Of a DNA stretch of 64,000 nt, positions 1-11,679 are shown one piece after another. The stretch lies in assembly GCA_965112155.1 (NCBI GenBank), contig OZ218105.1, one strand, 5' to 3'. Below the pieces are notes generated by a model. That model searched no databases. It had not been told where the DNA came from and worked only from the letters and a program-made list of their open reading frames with translations. The stretch is from Podarcis liolepis (Eukaryota). A program made the translations under genes and the position numbers. The first letter of the stretch is position 1, and each line of letters begins with the position of its first letter.

Positions 1-70
1 ACCTTAAAGACCAACTAAGTTAGTTCTTGGTATGAGCTTTCGTGTGCATGCACACTTCTTCAGATACACG
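1..70 (-). mobile_element. Penelope-like retroelement (PLE) terminal repeat fragment
   Basis: Minus strand reads gtgtatCTGAAGAagtgtgcatgcacacGAAAgctcatacc...ttggtctttaaggt, the typical reptile PLE terminus; a related copy lies at 1177-1337. Confidence 0.7.
30..67 (-). ncRNA. Minimal type I hammerhead ribozyme motif (PLE-associated)
   Basis: GUAU-CUGAAGA-A-GUGUG(CAUG)CACAC-GAAA-GCUC-AUAC: stem I GUAU/AUAC, core CUGANGA and GAAA, 5-bp stem II, palindromic AGCU in place of stem III, NUH site CUC. Confidence 0.7.
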
Positions 71-1176
71 CTATCTGTAAGCTGAATGGGTTTATGATCC
101 AGCCTAAGTTTTCCCTCTCTGGTTCCATTCCTTCTACACCACTGGGAAATCCCATGATATAACATGATTTCCTTTTATTCTCTATATAGACAGCACAGCT
201 AATCCTCTTAGACCTCCAGCTAATCAGATTGTGGCATGGAGCAGGTATTTGCAACAACAGAAGTGGATGAAGATATGGATATATTACCCAAAGGAAAATG
301 CCATATCTTTCAGCTGACCGTTTCCCCTACCCTATTTTTGGGTTACTGTAACTGTAATCCAAATATTGGAAGTGTATAAACACATTGTGCCATTATCATC
401 AATGTAAAGAAAATCAATAAAAATATTTTTTTAAAGAAACAAATTCTCTTTTGGGGAAAATATTGGTGGTATTTATATGTGAACATGGCATACACTTCTG
501 TACAGTACTGAGCAGGTATTTTCCAACGATTAATATACTCCATACTTTATTTGCTAAGGTCCTAGCTGCAAATAACCACTAAAGAATATCAGCTTTACAA
601 ATATAAATCACTCTTTTTCAACTCTTTTTCCAAAAAGAGTTTCATCTTATATTTTATTATGCTGGCAAGCTACTTTTGAATGGAAAAAAACCCCTACAGT
701 TGTTAGGGGAGGGGAATATTATTCTCCAGTCTTCCTTTATTCAAAATTATTTTGCCCAATTTGCAGCAGTGTTTCATAGCATGAGAAGAAGAAAGGAAAG
801 CAGCCATGGATCGGGAGTGGGGTGGGGTGAGGATGTTAGAACTGTTATCTTTTTCCTCCGCTATGATGTTACAAACAAGAAAACCAAATCTCTAGTGTTG
901 CATGCTTGGAATAAATTCACTCGAGAATAACAACGGCTTATCCTATACCTGTAGATTTTAAAAATCAAATGCAAATGATTTCTTAGAGGAAAATCAATTA
1001 AAAAATCAATTCTCTTCTCAGTCTGCTAAAATTGGTTCACTGTTCCTAATGCAAGTGTTTGTTTTTGCTGTATGATCATAGATTTAAAGCACAAACATAA
1101 CGTAATATTTGCGATATAAAACAACAGTTTGCAAATTATTTTACATGGGGGACCTAAATTTTTTTTAAAAGTTGTA

Positions 1177-1337
1177 CAGTAGCACCTTAGAGACCAACTC
1201 AGTTTGTTCTGGGTATAAGTTTTTGTGTGTATGCACACTTCTTCAGAGACACTGAGACAGAAGTCACCAGACCCTTAGATATAGTGGGAGGGTGGGGTGG
1301 GGTTTTTCTCAGAAGGGTAGCAGAAGATGGTCTCTGA
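1177..1337 (-). mobile_element. Second, more decayed PLE terminal repeat running into an assembly gap
   Basis: accttagagaccaact...atgcacacttcttcagagacac matches 1-70; the hammerhead GAAA is mutated to AAAA. Confidence 0.7.
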
Positions 1338-1473
1338 NNNNNNNNNNNNNNNNNNNNNNNNNNNNNNNNNNNNNNNNNNNNNNNNNNNNNNNNNNNNNNN
1401 NNNNNNNNNNNNNNNNNNNNNNNNNNNNNNNNNNNNNNNNNNNNNNNNNNNNNNNNNNNNNNNNNNNNNNNNN
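1338..1473. other. Assembly gap (136 N)
   Basis: Run of N. Confidence 1.
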
Positions 1474-2094
1474 TTAATCCAGACCTTATGGCTCAGATGT
1501 CACACACTCACTTATAATATTCTTAATATATACATGAGGCCATATGGAATTCAGTCACCAATGTGTAGATGATGCAGTGAATCTTTGAATCAGTGTTCGG
1601 GGTATGCAACTAGCTGAATGTGGGCTAACAAACAGATTCCATCCAGACAAGATGGAAGTGCTGTTGTTCATCATGCTGATCTGGTGTCAGCGGTGTAGGG
1701 GCAATCCTATGTATGCCAACTTCTGCCAGGTTGAGCAGCTTATGATGTGGCTGATTCCTGGCTCAGCCAAGCTCAGATTGCATTAATTCCCCAACCCTGG
1801 TTCAGCTGAAGATATGCCCATGCCACCTGATGTGAGGTTCATCCAGCTAAAATGAAATTCCTTGAGCCAAAGCTACTGCAATTCACACAAAAGGGGTGCT
1901 TCAGGAGCACGGTGGAGCCAGGACAAGAGCAGGATTTAGGCTGGATTCCAATCCTGTTCACCTCTGTCACATGACTAAGGAACCCATAACAATATTTTAA
2001 AGGCTTGTTTTCCCTCTGCCCATGGGTTTTGGGTTGGGGAGGGCGTGTTGATCATCTGAATGTAGCCTTAAAAACCAAATGGGATCTCAGTATA

Positions 2095-3015
2095 TCATCA
2101 TCACCTTCAAACCTTTTATGGGCATCACATACAAACATCCATAGTAAATCAATACAGAATTACCACCTCCCTAATGTCACAGAGCATTTGTCAAATGAAA
2201 AGAGGCAAAACAGTCTAACGTTACATCTCTAGGTCTCCAGGCAGATAAGACGTCTGCAATGTGTTTCTGCGACAAAAAACCAAATAAAGATATTTAGCCA
2301 CCAACTTGGTGAGCTCCTGATCATTCCCCAGTAATAGACAATGTATGACCTCCAACTCTGGTTTCCATTTGGGGATGTAGAGTTGATCTAGAAACTGCTG
2401 GTGGAGATGAACATATAGTTTACATTTAAGAACCATATGAGTTAGAGTTTCCAGCAGGTGGTCTTCATATGGGCAAATTCTTTCTCCTTCCACCATTCCC
2501 AAGAAACTTCCCCAAAGGAGGTTTGATGGGTTTGAATTAAACCTGGCCAGCGAAAATGCCCTTCTTTCTTGAGGGATAAGCAGAAATTCAAGATAATTGT
2601 GATTAGTTTCATATGCCCAAGAAAGTTGAAAGTAAAGAGGGGAACATGTTTTCTCTGCTGCTGCTGCTAGTTCCTGGGGTTCAATGTCCCACAACCTAGT
2701 TTTTATTATAGCCTTGGCAGATGGTGGAGGCATCAATCACAAAAGTTCCATTGACAGTCCAAGTTGCTGTACCTTTATGTTAAACTGTTGTAGCCCTGGG
2801 GAAAGAAAGGGGTCTGACAAGACTTCGCTAAGATGAGGATCTTTGTCTAATGTGAGGGTATTACAATGTGGGACTGCAAAAATCTTAAAAAGGAAAGCTG
2901 CCTGCACTCGTTCTACCAGCTGGTTAAACCCTGGCAGTCAGACTGGAATTCCATAGAGCAGTTGAGCTATTCTTTTGGCATTGAAGACCTTGAGGGCAGT
3001 ATATAAAGTATGAGA
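2095..3015 (-). mobile_element. Non-LTR retrotransposon 3' fragment (RTE-X-like ORF2 C-terminus, decayed)
   Basis: ORF 2221-2736 RRAFSLARFN..PS...ERICP...ETLTHMVLKC (degenerate zinc knuckle); upstream frame ALKVFNAK..QLLYGIPV*...ERVQAAFL; 3' end ...cataaaaggtttgaaggtgatgatgat. Confidence 0.65.
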
Positions 3016-3057
3016 AAGCACCCCCCCCCCCACACACACATATTTAGTTTCTAGTAT

Positions 3058-3915
3058 CATAGGAACATAGGGAGTTGCTTTGTACTGTTACGGAAATTAC
3101 TGGGGGGAGCACATCTTTAAAGTTAAATATTACAAATATTATGCCTGAATGTATCCTTTCAACTTGACAGCTCAGGGAAGTTACCTAGCTTTAAAAATAA
3201 TATAAAATCATCTCCTTTTCCAGTTGCCTCCATTCCAAAGCAATTTTCCCCTTGAAAAAGGACTCCAGGAAGTTCCCAGAGGTGACAATTACTGGGCACA
3301 TTGTTAGCCAAAGGAAGCCAAATCTCATCACCTGACTCGCCTCAGGCTCCAGATATGCAAAGGAACTTCTATTGTACTTTTGGGTGGTGGGCACTTAAGA
3401 CACATTTGTCTATGCTAATCTTATACCTGAGTCTTTCCCTGTCATGTCTGCTTATGCTAATCTTGTACCAAGGACTTGTCTGGACATGTTTGCCAAGGTT
3501 AACCCCTCCCCTTTTGTGACATGTCAGTGATGTAGCAATGATGCTGTACGAACTGTATTCTGGGATATGGTGGGAAAGTTTTAAAAGTCCTTGTCACCCC
3601 ATCCTCGGGGTTCAAATTTGCTCTTTGAACCTATTGCGCAATAAACTTTGCTCCGGTTGGCTGGACTCCTTCCTTTATTCCGCAGGGACCTGCGGGCTCT
3701 GCCCGACGAGCTGGGTGACTGAGCAGCCTCACACCTAGATTTTTCCATAACAGTACCAAGTCAAAACAATGGTCTATCCCCACTGACTGGAAGCATTTTT
3801 CCAGGGTTTTAGACAAGGGGACGTTCATAGCCCAACCTGGAGATACCAGGAAGTGAACCTGGGAACCTTCTTTGTGCAAAGCAGATTCTTTGCCTCTAAG
3901 CCACATCCCTTTCCC
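3058..3915 (-). mobile_element. Old tRNA-derived SINE with CR1-type tail, split by the solo LTR
   Basis: cataggaacatagg tail at 3058; body resumes after the LTR; B-box-like gaacctgggaaccttc near 3856-3870. Confidence 0.55.
3086..3752 (+). mobile_element. Solo LTR (667 bp), 4-bp TSD GTAC
   Basis: gtac|TGTTACGGAAA...TTTCCATAACA|gtac; 11-bp imperfect inverted termini; AATAAA at 3640-3645. Confidence 0.85.
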
Positions 3916-5260
3916 ATCATACTAGGCTTTATGCATGTCCATTTCATTGCTCAATAAGTGAACATTTGTTGACTCTCTCACCTGAATGAGATAGATCTGT
4001 TTTCATTGAAAGAGAACTGTGTTTGGAGCGGACACCTTGTTAATGTGAAAATGGTGATAAATCTGTGAATCCTGGTTCATATCCCCAAATCATGCAATAA
4101 GCATTCATCAGGTGTCTGTGAACTCACTTTTAGAAAAGGCCACAATGAATCAAGGTCCTAACTTTTTAAAAAATAAATTGAAATGGTTTTTTTCTGGCAT
4201 AATACAAGATGCGGGTTCTGGAGTGTTTTCTTTTCCTTCCAGTGTAACATCTGATCCCATTGTTACACTTTCGGAAAGGGGAAAAAAGTATTTTTTTACA
4301 TGGCTTTTTTCAGCTAAGTAGTGTTATCAGCTGTCACTGGAGAACTGCAGTCTTCTGATTTGGCGTCTTGGCAGGGGAAAAAGTGTTTCATCTAGCAGTT
4401 ATTAAATTAACTTTAACAAAATAGGATCACATCACTGATGGAAAGGTTGAACGGGAGTGTCATCCTCTTTCTTAAACTAAAGTTCAAGTGTTAATGTCTT
4501 CTTCTCAGGAGTGTCTAACGTATGAGGCCAAATCAGACAAACTGCAAAGGAAGATTATATAGACATAGTGAAAGGGGCAGTGAAGAGAAATTGAGATTTG
4601 CAAAGAGAAAGAGCGGGGATGGATGCTAAATCTGAAAGCAGCACCGTGAATGAGAACATGTAGTGTCAAGAGGATTGATTTTTGGACCCTGACTAAGCAT
4701 CAAAACTTACTTTAGACATGCATGCACCAAATGACTTAGAAAAAGACTCTTTTCTATCCATAAAATGGAAATATGGCCAGTCTCCCTAACATGGCTGTTC
4801 TGAGGTGTTTTCTCACATTTAACTTGAAAATATTTTGTTGCATATATTAACTAGATTAATAATGAGACTTTCAAAAGAACAGCAGCACAAACCTTTAAAT
4901 GAATGAACTACACCTCTTGGACAGCTCTGAGAATTGTAGTTTAGCTACCCACGATAACTTTTGCACTTTCAGAATGTTCCAACATGGCTCTTGGTCCATA
5001 TCAAAATGTGTATTGTATTTGGGAATGCTTGTTGTGGAAGAGAAATGCATCTAAAATAGATTTTTAAATATGCATTTAAATGTCAATATTTGTGGTGATG
5101 CATCAGTATAAGGCAGTCATGTCTTTGGGGCATCACTGAAATGCCTAAATACCAAGCCATCTCCCTGTCTGCATATTCCTGCCCCAGAGTTCTTCCTTTT
5201 GGTTGCACAAAGTGTGGCAGACTGCTGGGGACTGATTTTAAGGACATATAAATCTGTATA

Positions 5261-5486
5261 CAGTGGTACCTCAGGTTACATATGCTTCAGGTTACAGACT
5301 CCACTAACCCAGAAATAGTACCTCTGGTTAAGAACTTTGCTTCAGGATGAGAACAGAAATCGTGCTCTGGCGGCGCGGCAGCAGCAGGAGGCCCCATTAG
5401 CTAAAGTGGTGCTTCAGGTTAAGAACAGTTTCAGGTTAAGAACGGACCTCCGGAAGGAATTAAGTACTTAACCCGAGGTCCCACTG
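5261..5486. mobile_element. Tc1/mariner-pogo (Tigger-like) MITE, 226 bp, TA TSD
   Basis: ta|CAGTGGTACCTC...GAGGTCCCACTG|ta; near-identical copies at 24668 and 49395. Confidence 0.9.
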
Positions 5487-6387
5487 TATAGGAAAGGTTG
5501 ACTGGCGATATGGATATGATTTGTCCTCTTGAAGAAAACAGGTCAATCTGTATGTTAGCTCAGCCTTTTCCCTATGAGTCCCTTCCTTGGTCCACAGTAT
5601 TGTTTTTTCATTATTTATACACCTGCTTTCATTCATTTACTGCTCTTTCTTTCATTGCCTCCACTGGAGTGTGGGTGGTGAGAAGCAGTTTAATAGACTG
5701 TTGGCAAAAATGATTACAAGAGCTCTAATTGGCAATATATAATCCCACTTTTGTTGTACCAATACAGTATGTTGCATTTATAATCTCTCCTCTACAGGGA
5801 GGAGAAAATACCATTAGTCGAAGCAAATGTAATAGAGTCGATAATGATGTATTGTAGTATACAGAGTACAGTGGCCAAAATATGCTTTAATAAAGTCACT
5901 ATAATAAGGTATAATAATAAAGCATAATGTAGGGTGTGAATGGTAGACTAGAACTAAAGCATCATACTTCTGTGGTGGTGTTCAAAGAGATATTTGGTGA
6001 TTTGCTTGACCTTTCTCTGTCTATGTTTGCCATCTGGTAGAGCCAATATATCACTCTCATAATTTACAAGAGCTTCATGATGTCAGTAAATCACTTTGAC
6101 AACATTAGATACAAGCTGGTGAGAGAATGGCATTTCTGTCCTGTGACAAAAATTGTAAATCTTCCAAATTCCTCTTCTGGGATGCACAGTGCACATTACA
6201 TACACAAACGGCGCAGCAAATCATTGTCCTCTATTATCAATAGGTAGTTTGAACTGTCCTGGTCCCCACGGGGCTTTGTGCAGTTTGTAAAGAAAGTATT
6301 CATGAAAAATATATCTTCATTGGGTGAACCGGTTCTCAAGGTCCTGAGACCGTGGTGCTGGTTCTGACTTCTACAACCCTGGGTCAT

Positions 6388-7177
6388 TTGTGGTTCGAGG
6401 ACCCGACCCCCGCAAAGTAAAATGAAGACACAGGGACACGTGATATAAGGTTAATGGGCCAGAAAAGGCCACAACTTTATTGATTACAGCAATGAAAAGG
6501 TATTGGCTTAGGCATTGGATCGCAAAACAAGTGGGTTTATTCACCAGGGGTTCATCACCTGTTGATGCTAATCCAACTATAGGCTCACCCCTGATGTCAC
6601 CGCGGGTCGTGCCATGGCCTCCCGCCAAGCAGGCTTCGGACGGAATACACGACCGCCAGATTCCTTTACCGGAATACCCCTATAAATTGAAGGCATAGGC
6701 GATGGCCACACCTAGCACTTCGACACACCACAACACATTATTCCAATGCCTAACCTACCCACCAATACCACCAGAAAGTTGTGACGATTGCTACAAGGTA
6801 GGCGAAAAAAAACCAAAAAGCCTAATGCCAAATGGAAAAACTCCTACCAGGCCCCCCGGGCAACCGGGGCGACCAACCTAAGGTCCATAGCAAGGCCAAT
6901 GACCTAAGCCCTAACTCAAAGGGAGTGGAGGGTGGGTGACTCGCACAGGACGACGAAGAGAAATGAGGCCGGGGAGAGGCTGGCACTGCAGCATAAAGGC
7001 TGCTGGACACGCCCCCCATGGCACCTGGTTGGGCGGCCACCGGGGGGGTGTGAGTGCCAGCCAGGTGAGCTGGAGGCAGGGGGCAACGCCCCCTGCTAGG
7101 AGCGGTGTTCGGGCTCCCGCCCACAACCACTCCCCTCTCTTTCAGGGAGGAGAGTCTTTAGCGTAAAAGGCTTGCGG
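6388..7177 (-). mobile_element. Ngaro/DIRS-type terminal repeat unit without ORFs
   Basis: CpG-rich; minus-strand polyA motif aataaagttgtggcc; shares ggtattggcttaggcattgg and its terminus with 9357-10480 and 51569-52567. Confidence 0.65.
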
Positions 7178-7537
7178 CAGAAACATGGCAGAAAATCAGA
7201 GAAAGGGTGGAGAATGTGTTGCCTTCCAGTTATTGCTGGACTCCAACTCCCATCAGCCCCCAGTCACCTGGGAAGGGGAGAGTTGTCATTAGGGATGTAG
7301 AGATGTGCCTAAATCTGATCTGGGATTCATTCACAATTTCAGTTGGTGATTTCTGTTCCACTGTTTTACACAAGTCTGTTTTTGTTTCTTCACTCACTTA
7401 CCGTACTTCAGAAATATGCTTCTTTTCATATTTCTCAGTGTCAAGTAGATGTGCATACCTCAGCCATCAACAGATATTTACAAATCGATCACTATCTCAG
7501 CATGTTCCCTTTCAAAGTGAATTTCCACTTAGTCTTT

Positions 7538-7686
7538 NNNNNNNNNNNNNNNNNNNNNNNNNNNNNNNNNNNNNNNNNNNNNNNNNNNNNNNNNNNNNNN
7601 NNNNNNNNNNNNNNNNNNNNNNNNNNNNNNNNNNNNNNNNNNNNNNNNNNNNNNNNNNNNNNNNNNNNNNNNNNNNNNNNNNNNNN
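7538..7686. other. Assembly gap (149 N)
   Basis: Run of N. Confidence 1.
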
Positions 7687-7929
7687 ATCACAATGTCATC
7701 TATTGCTGCAGTTTTAACCATGCAATTTAGTGGGGCTTAGCTTATTGCTAGGTAAGAAAGGTTATAATTATACCCTGTCTCACTAGCTTAACCCAATAGG
7801 ATTGCTCACATGACCACATATAAGTTTTTCATTATTACAAAATGGTTTTTTTCATAAATGTGTATTTTATTCAGAAAGTGATCATGTGTACATGAGACAT
7901 AACACTCAAGCTAAGTTATGTTTTAACTT

Positions 7930-7977
7930 AGCCCAGAGTGGCTGGTGAAACTCAGCCAGATGGGCGGGGTATAAATA

Positions 7978-8028
<51 letters not shown>
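7930..8028 (+). mobile_element. L2 LINE extreme 3' tail with (TTA)n
   Basis: gcccagagtggctgg...cagatgggcggggtataaataa followed by (TTA)n, the same tail as the L2 copies at 21 kb and 37 kb. Confidence 0.75.
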
Positions 8029-8029
<1 letters not shown>

Positions 8030-8390
8030 TTAAATGTTTGTAGTAAACATGGGCTTGTGTTTGGCAGCATGAGATCCTTTCTATGTCAATTTATTATTGT
8101 CATGGGGAATAATTAGTATGTTCCACTGTTTTTTAAATTCATTTGGGATTTCATGAGTAGTGGGGCAAGGGCACGGGACAGATAAAAATAATACAATGAT
8201 TGAAGGGTAGGGTAGTTGGTTATATATGAGCAGTCAAATCCAGATGGTTCTCCCTCACTTTGACTATCAACCAAGGGCTTTAACTGATTGAGTATACAGG
8301 TTGTGAAAGAAAATACAAATCTCCATGCAAATGCAAAATCCCAGTAATGAATGATGCATTTCATTGGCTTTTAATAGTCACAGTAGATTA

Positions 8391-8482
8391 AGGGTGCAAT
8401 TCTAACATCACTTACCTGGAGGTAAGTCCTGTTGAAGTCAATAGGGCTTACTTCTGAGTAGACATGGTGCGGACTGCAGCTT
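8391..8482. repeat. Short (~90 bp) imperfect-palindromic interspersed repeat, probably an old MITE
   Basis: tgcaat...acttacctgga.gtaagtcc...gggcttacttctgagtagacatg...actgcagc; similar decayed copies near 17280, 39100, 42240, 43420, 45610 and 54620. Confidence 0.55.
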
Positions 8483-9169
8483 TTGTGCAGATAGGCTGCC
8501 TCTAGTAATGTACTATTTATATACATATAATATTAACAAATAACACTTCAGGAAAAAGAACAGCAACGAGTCACTTGTCAGGACTGTGGTTATTACACAT
8601 TGATGAGTATGCAAATAATGCACATTGCAAAGCAATTTAAATATCTGTTTTTTTTTTTATATAATGTGTACTATGTGTGTGTATAATGTTATATTATTGT
8701 TGAGAACTGAGGCAAAAACCATTCATAGGAAGAGTCCATTCTGTGATGTGGGATGAAGGTATGGGTGGAAAGAAATTTGCTTGAATGTTGGTTTTCAGTA
8801 GACTACTTTAACATTTTTAGTTATACTCCAACAACATTGAGAGGTCTCCAGAGTTTTGGCATCCCTGCTCTAGAGTTTGGCCACTGGGAGCCGCTGGCAT
8901 ATACAACATGCCAACTTACATGGCTGACAAGGAGATCGTAATTCCATAGTGCTTTCTTGCCTCATCAGCCATAAATGGGATAAACCTTGTCAGGTATTTC
9001 TCTCTCTCTCTACTAGATATCTGATTGTAAATAAAACAAGAAACCCTTTAAGAAGTTTACAAGGTGGCTCACAATAACACATAAACTAATACAGGTAATA
9101 TATAAATGATTGACATATAAATAATAGTTTACAAAATATAAATTAAGGAAATTTTATACTAATGTTATA

Positions 9170-9220
9170 CAGGGTGATTCATAACGAAGTAAACTGTATA
9201 CTTCATTATGAATCACCCTG
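9170..9220. mobile_element. 51-bp minimal Tc1/mariner-type MITE (TIRs only), TA TSD
   Basis: ta|CAGGGTGATTCATAACGAAGTA aactgta TACTTCATTATGAATCACCCTG|ta; 22-bp TIRs with one mismatch. Confidence 0.8.
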
Positions 9221-9356
9221 TATAGTTAAACATCATAGTTTATAATGAGAACACAGACAGTGACAAAGAAATTAATAAACTGCACTGCAACGACATGGAA
9301 AAATGGCCCTGCATTACAAAAATGTTGCAAAATATTACAAAAAAGAAGAAGTGTTC

Positions 9357-10480
9357 ATTGCGGTTCAGGGCCCCGATGCACCCCCGAATAAATAACAACA
9401 CATTGACACCGAAATTTAGTTTAAGGTTAATGGGCAAAATTTAGGCCACAAGTTGATTGATTACAGAAATGTGAGTGGTATTGGCTTAGGCATTGGCAAA
9501 TCTATATCTGACTCCTGCCCGCCTTGCAGGGAGTCTGGAAGGGTAAACCACCAAAAGAGGGAGCTCCGTCGATGGCTACCAACTGAAACTCACCCCGGGG
9601 TTCCCGATGGGTCCTGGCATGGCCCTAACCCCTCAAGCGGACTTCAGACGAGATTCAGACTTACTGATTCCTTTAACATAATACCCTTATTTTTGGAGGA
9701 GCAGGTGATGGCCGCACCTCCCCTCCCTCACATATCACTAAGCCAATGACTAACCGCCACACAAGCCTCTTGTTCGCCGCCAATACCCTCACATCTGCAA
9801 CCAATCCTTCAAACCTTTAATAATCTCTGCCATCCACACATTGTTTCTGCCACTGGAAAGATGCACACCGTCAACCCGAAACAGGGCTCCATTACTGAAG
9901 GTAATGCCTGGGTGGTGGATTACTCCACCACCTAGCGTCAACACCTTATTCGCCACATCACGATTGACACGTTTCCCGGTTTTGTTGGTGGCAGCTGGGC
10001 ACGTGCTATTGCGCCAAACCCGCCGTACCAGGAGCTGCGACCAAAATATAGTTGTGATTGGGAAGGCTGTCGCCTTCTCATCCAAGTCCTTCTTAATGCA
10101 AGCCTGCAAGTCCACACCCTTCAACAATGGCAAATCATTTTCGCCCACGATCAATGTGGAAGGTGGGCCCCATGAGACTGCCTGAGCCTTCACAAGTGGC
10201 ACCAGCTCCTTCCAGTGCATCTTGTGCCTGGACACCTAGGAAACCTTAACTTCATCAGGTAAGCCGAGTTGGCACCCCAAGCCAGACTTATCCCCCACCC
10301 CTCCCACGGATGGAGGAGGGAGCGCCTTGGGTCCGCATGCAACGCGGACCCTCCATTAAGAGGATCCGATTTCCCTTATGCTCCCTCATCCAAAGGAAAC
10401 CAAATCTGGGTAAGACTGACCCTGGAGTTTGTCAGAGTAAAGTGGGAAGCCTTCAACAATAGCATATATCAAAGCTTCGC
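9357..10480 (-). mobile_element. Ngaro-type (tyrosine-recombinase) retrotransposon remnant: SGNH ORF plus 3' repeat
   Basis: SGNH pseudo-ORF followed on the minus strand by a repeat homologous to 6388-6750 and 52134-52567; right boundary approximate. Confidence 0.65.
9789..10292 (-). pseudogene. SGNH/GDSL hydrolase-like ORF of a Ngaro-type element, 5'-truncated with an in-frame stop
   Basis: GENDL (block III GxND) and DGVHLS (block V DxxH) motifs; in-frame upstream KSGLGCQLGLPDEVKVS*VSRHKMHW with TAG at 10236-10238; no block I catalytic Ser motif seen. Confidence 0.75.
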
Positions 10481-11679
10481 AAACTCCATCCAGATTGGTA
10501 GAGGGTGGCATGGTTCTGTTTTGTGACAGATTAGTCGTTCACAGCATTCCGAACTTTATTTTATTTGTTTACTTGGTGGATGGGAAACAGGGCGATGGTG
10601 AGATTTATAATGTCATCCGGCAGCGCTGCCTCCATTTCCCTCTCATCTGTATTCTTCACAGATCCTATAAACATGGGCTGTCAGCCAACCCATCCTGTCA
10701 GAATTTCACGTTCCCTCCTCCCCACCACAGTCCTGTCTTTTGCTTGTGCTCCCGCCGCCTCCTCGGGAATTGTACATGCTGCAACCTCAGTATGCTTCTC
10801 ATCATCGCATCTCGTTCATCACTGTGACACCAAACACTGCACAACTTCTTAGAGAGGGAAAAAAAGGTCAGGGATATGAAAGGGAAAAGAGAAATAAACA
10901 ACTTCTCCCCAGAAGCAGCTGTGCTACAAGAAACTGTGGGAGGTAAGATTGGAGCCAATTTCTTTGCCAGCAGCTGCGTTGAGCATAAAGTACTTGATGG
11001 GCAAGTCCTAAGCATTTTGAGTTAGAGGGCTGTGTAGGGGTAAAATATTGGCGTTTCTAGATCTCTTTCCTAGAATAACAGATTAACTGAGGGGCTGGCA
11101 AAGAGTAGATAGGTAAGGGGAGAGGAGCCTCACAAGGAAAAGGATGAAAGTCTGTATTTGCAAAGAGCTTGATACATTCAACAGAAGTATTATGGAATGT
11201 TGCTGGGGTTTTTTTGTTATTGAAATAGAAGTGCTGAGTGTTCAAGAAGGAATGTGCTCATGAATTGCATGTGCTCCAGCTCTCCTTATTTACCAGGGGC
11301 AGTCTTGATTTGCTGGTGCTTTTTCCTAGGGCTGCTTCAGTGATCTGGTGTGGGTGAATTTCCAGATTTGTACCTGTCTATCTAATGTGTAGAACAGACC
11401 TTAGCTACCTGCTGGATTTTGCAGTTTTCCAAATGTCACAGGGTTGTGCTCAACAGGATAAATATCTCAATTTAACTGGGTATTTTAAGAGGAGGTGCAC
11501 CATGAAATGTGTGTTTTCTTAAGATGTATCATAGATTAATGCAGAAATGCAATATGATTATGCAAAAGTGATATGGACTGGAAGTATATTTACCTATCAT
11601 TACTTTCCCTTGGTAAAACAGTTTTCTTATTTTGTCTTTTGGGGAGATGCTGGGGGCATATTTTTCAACTACTGTTAGA

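Noticed and set aside
7207-7740. Long ORFs spanning N runs (also 1292-1572 and 15950-16250)
   Set aside because: Artefacts of assembly gaps translated as X
10570-10900. Strong minus-strand polypyrimidine acceptor and CpG-containing segment
   Set aside because: All frames stop or give unrecognised peptides; could be a non-coding exon but nothing here supports it
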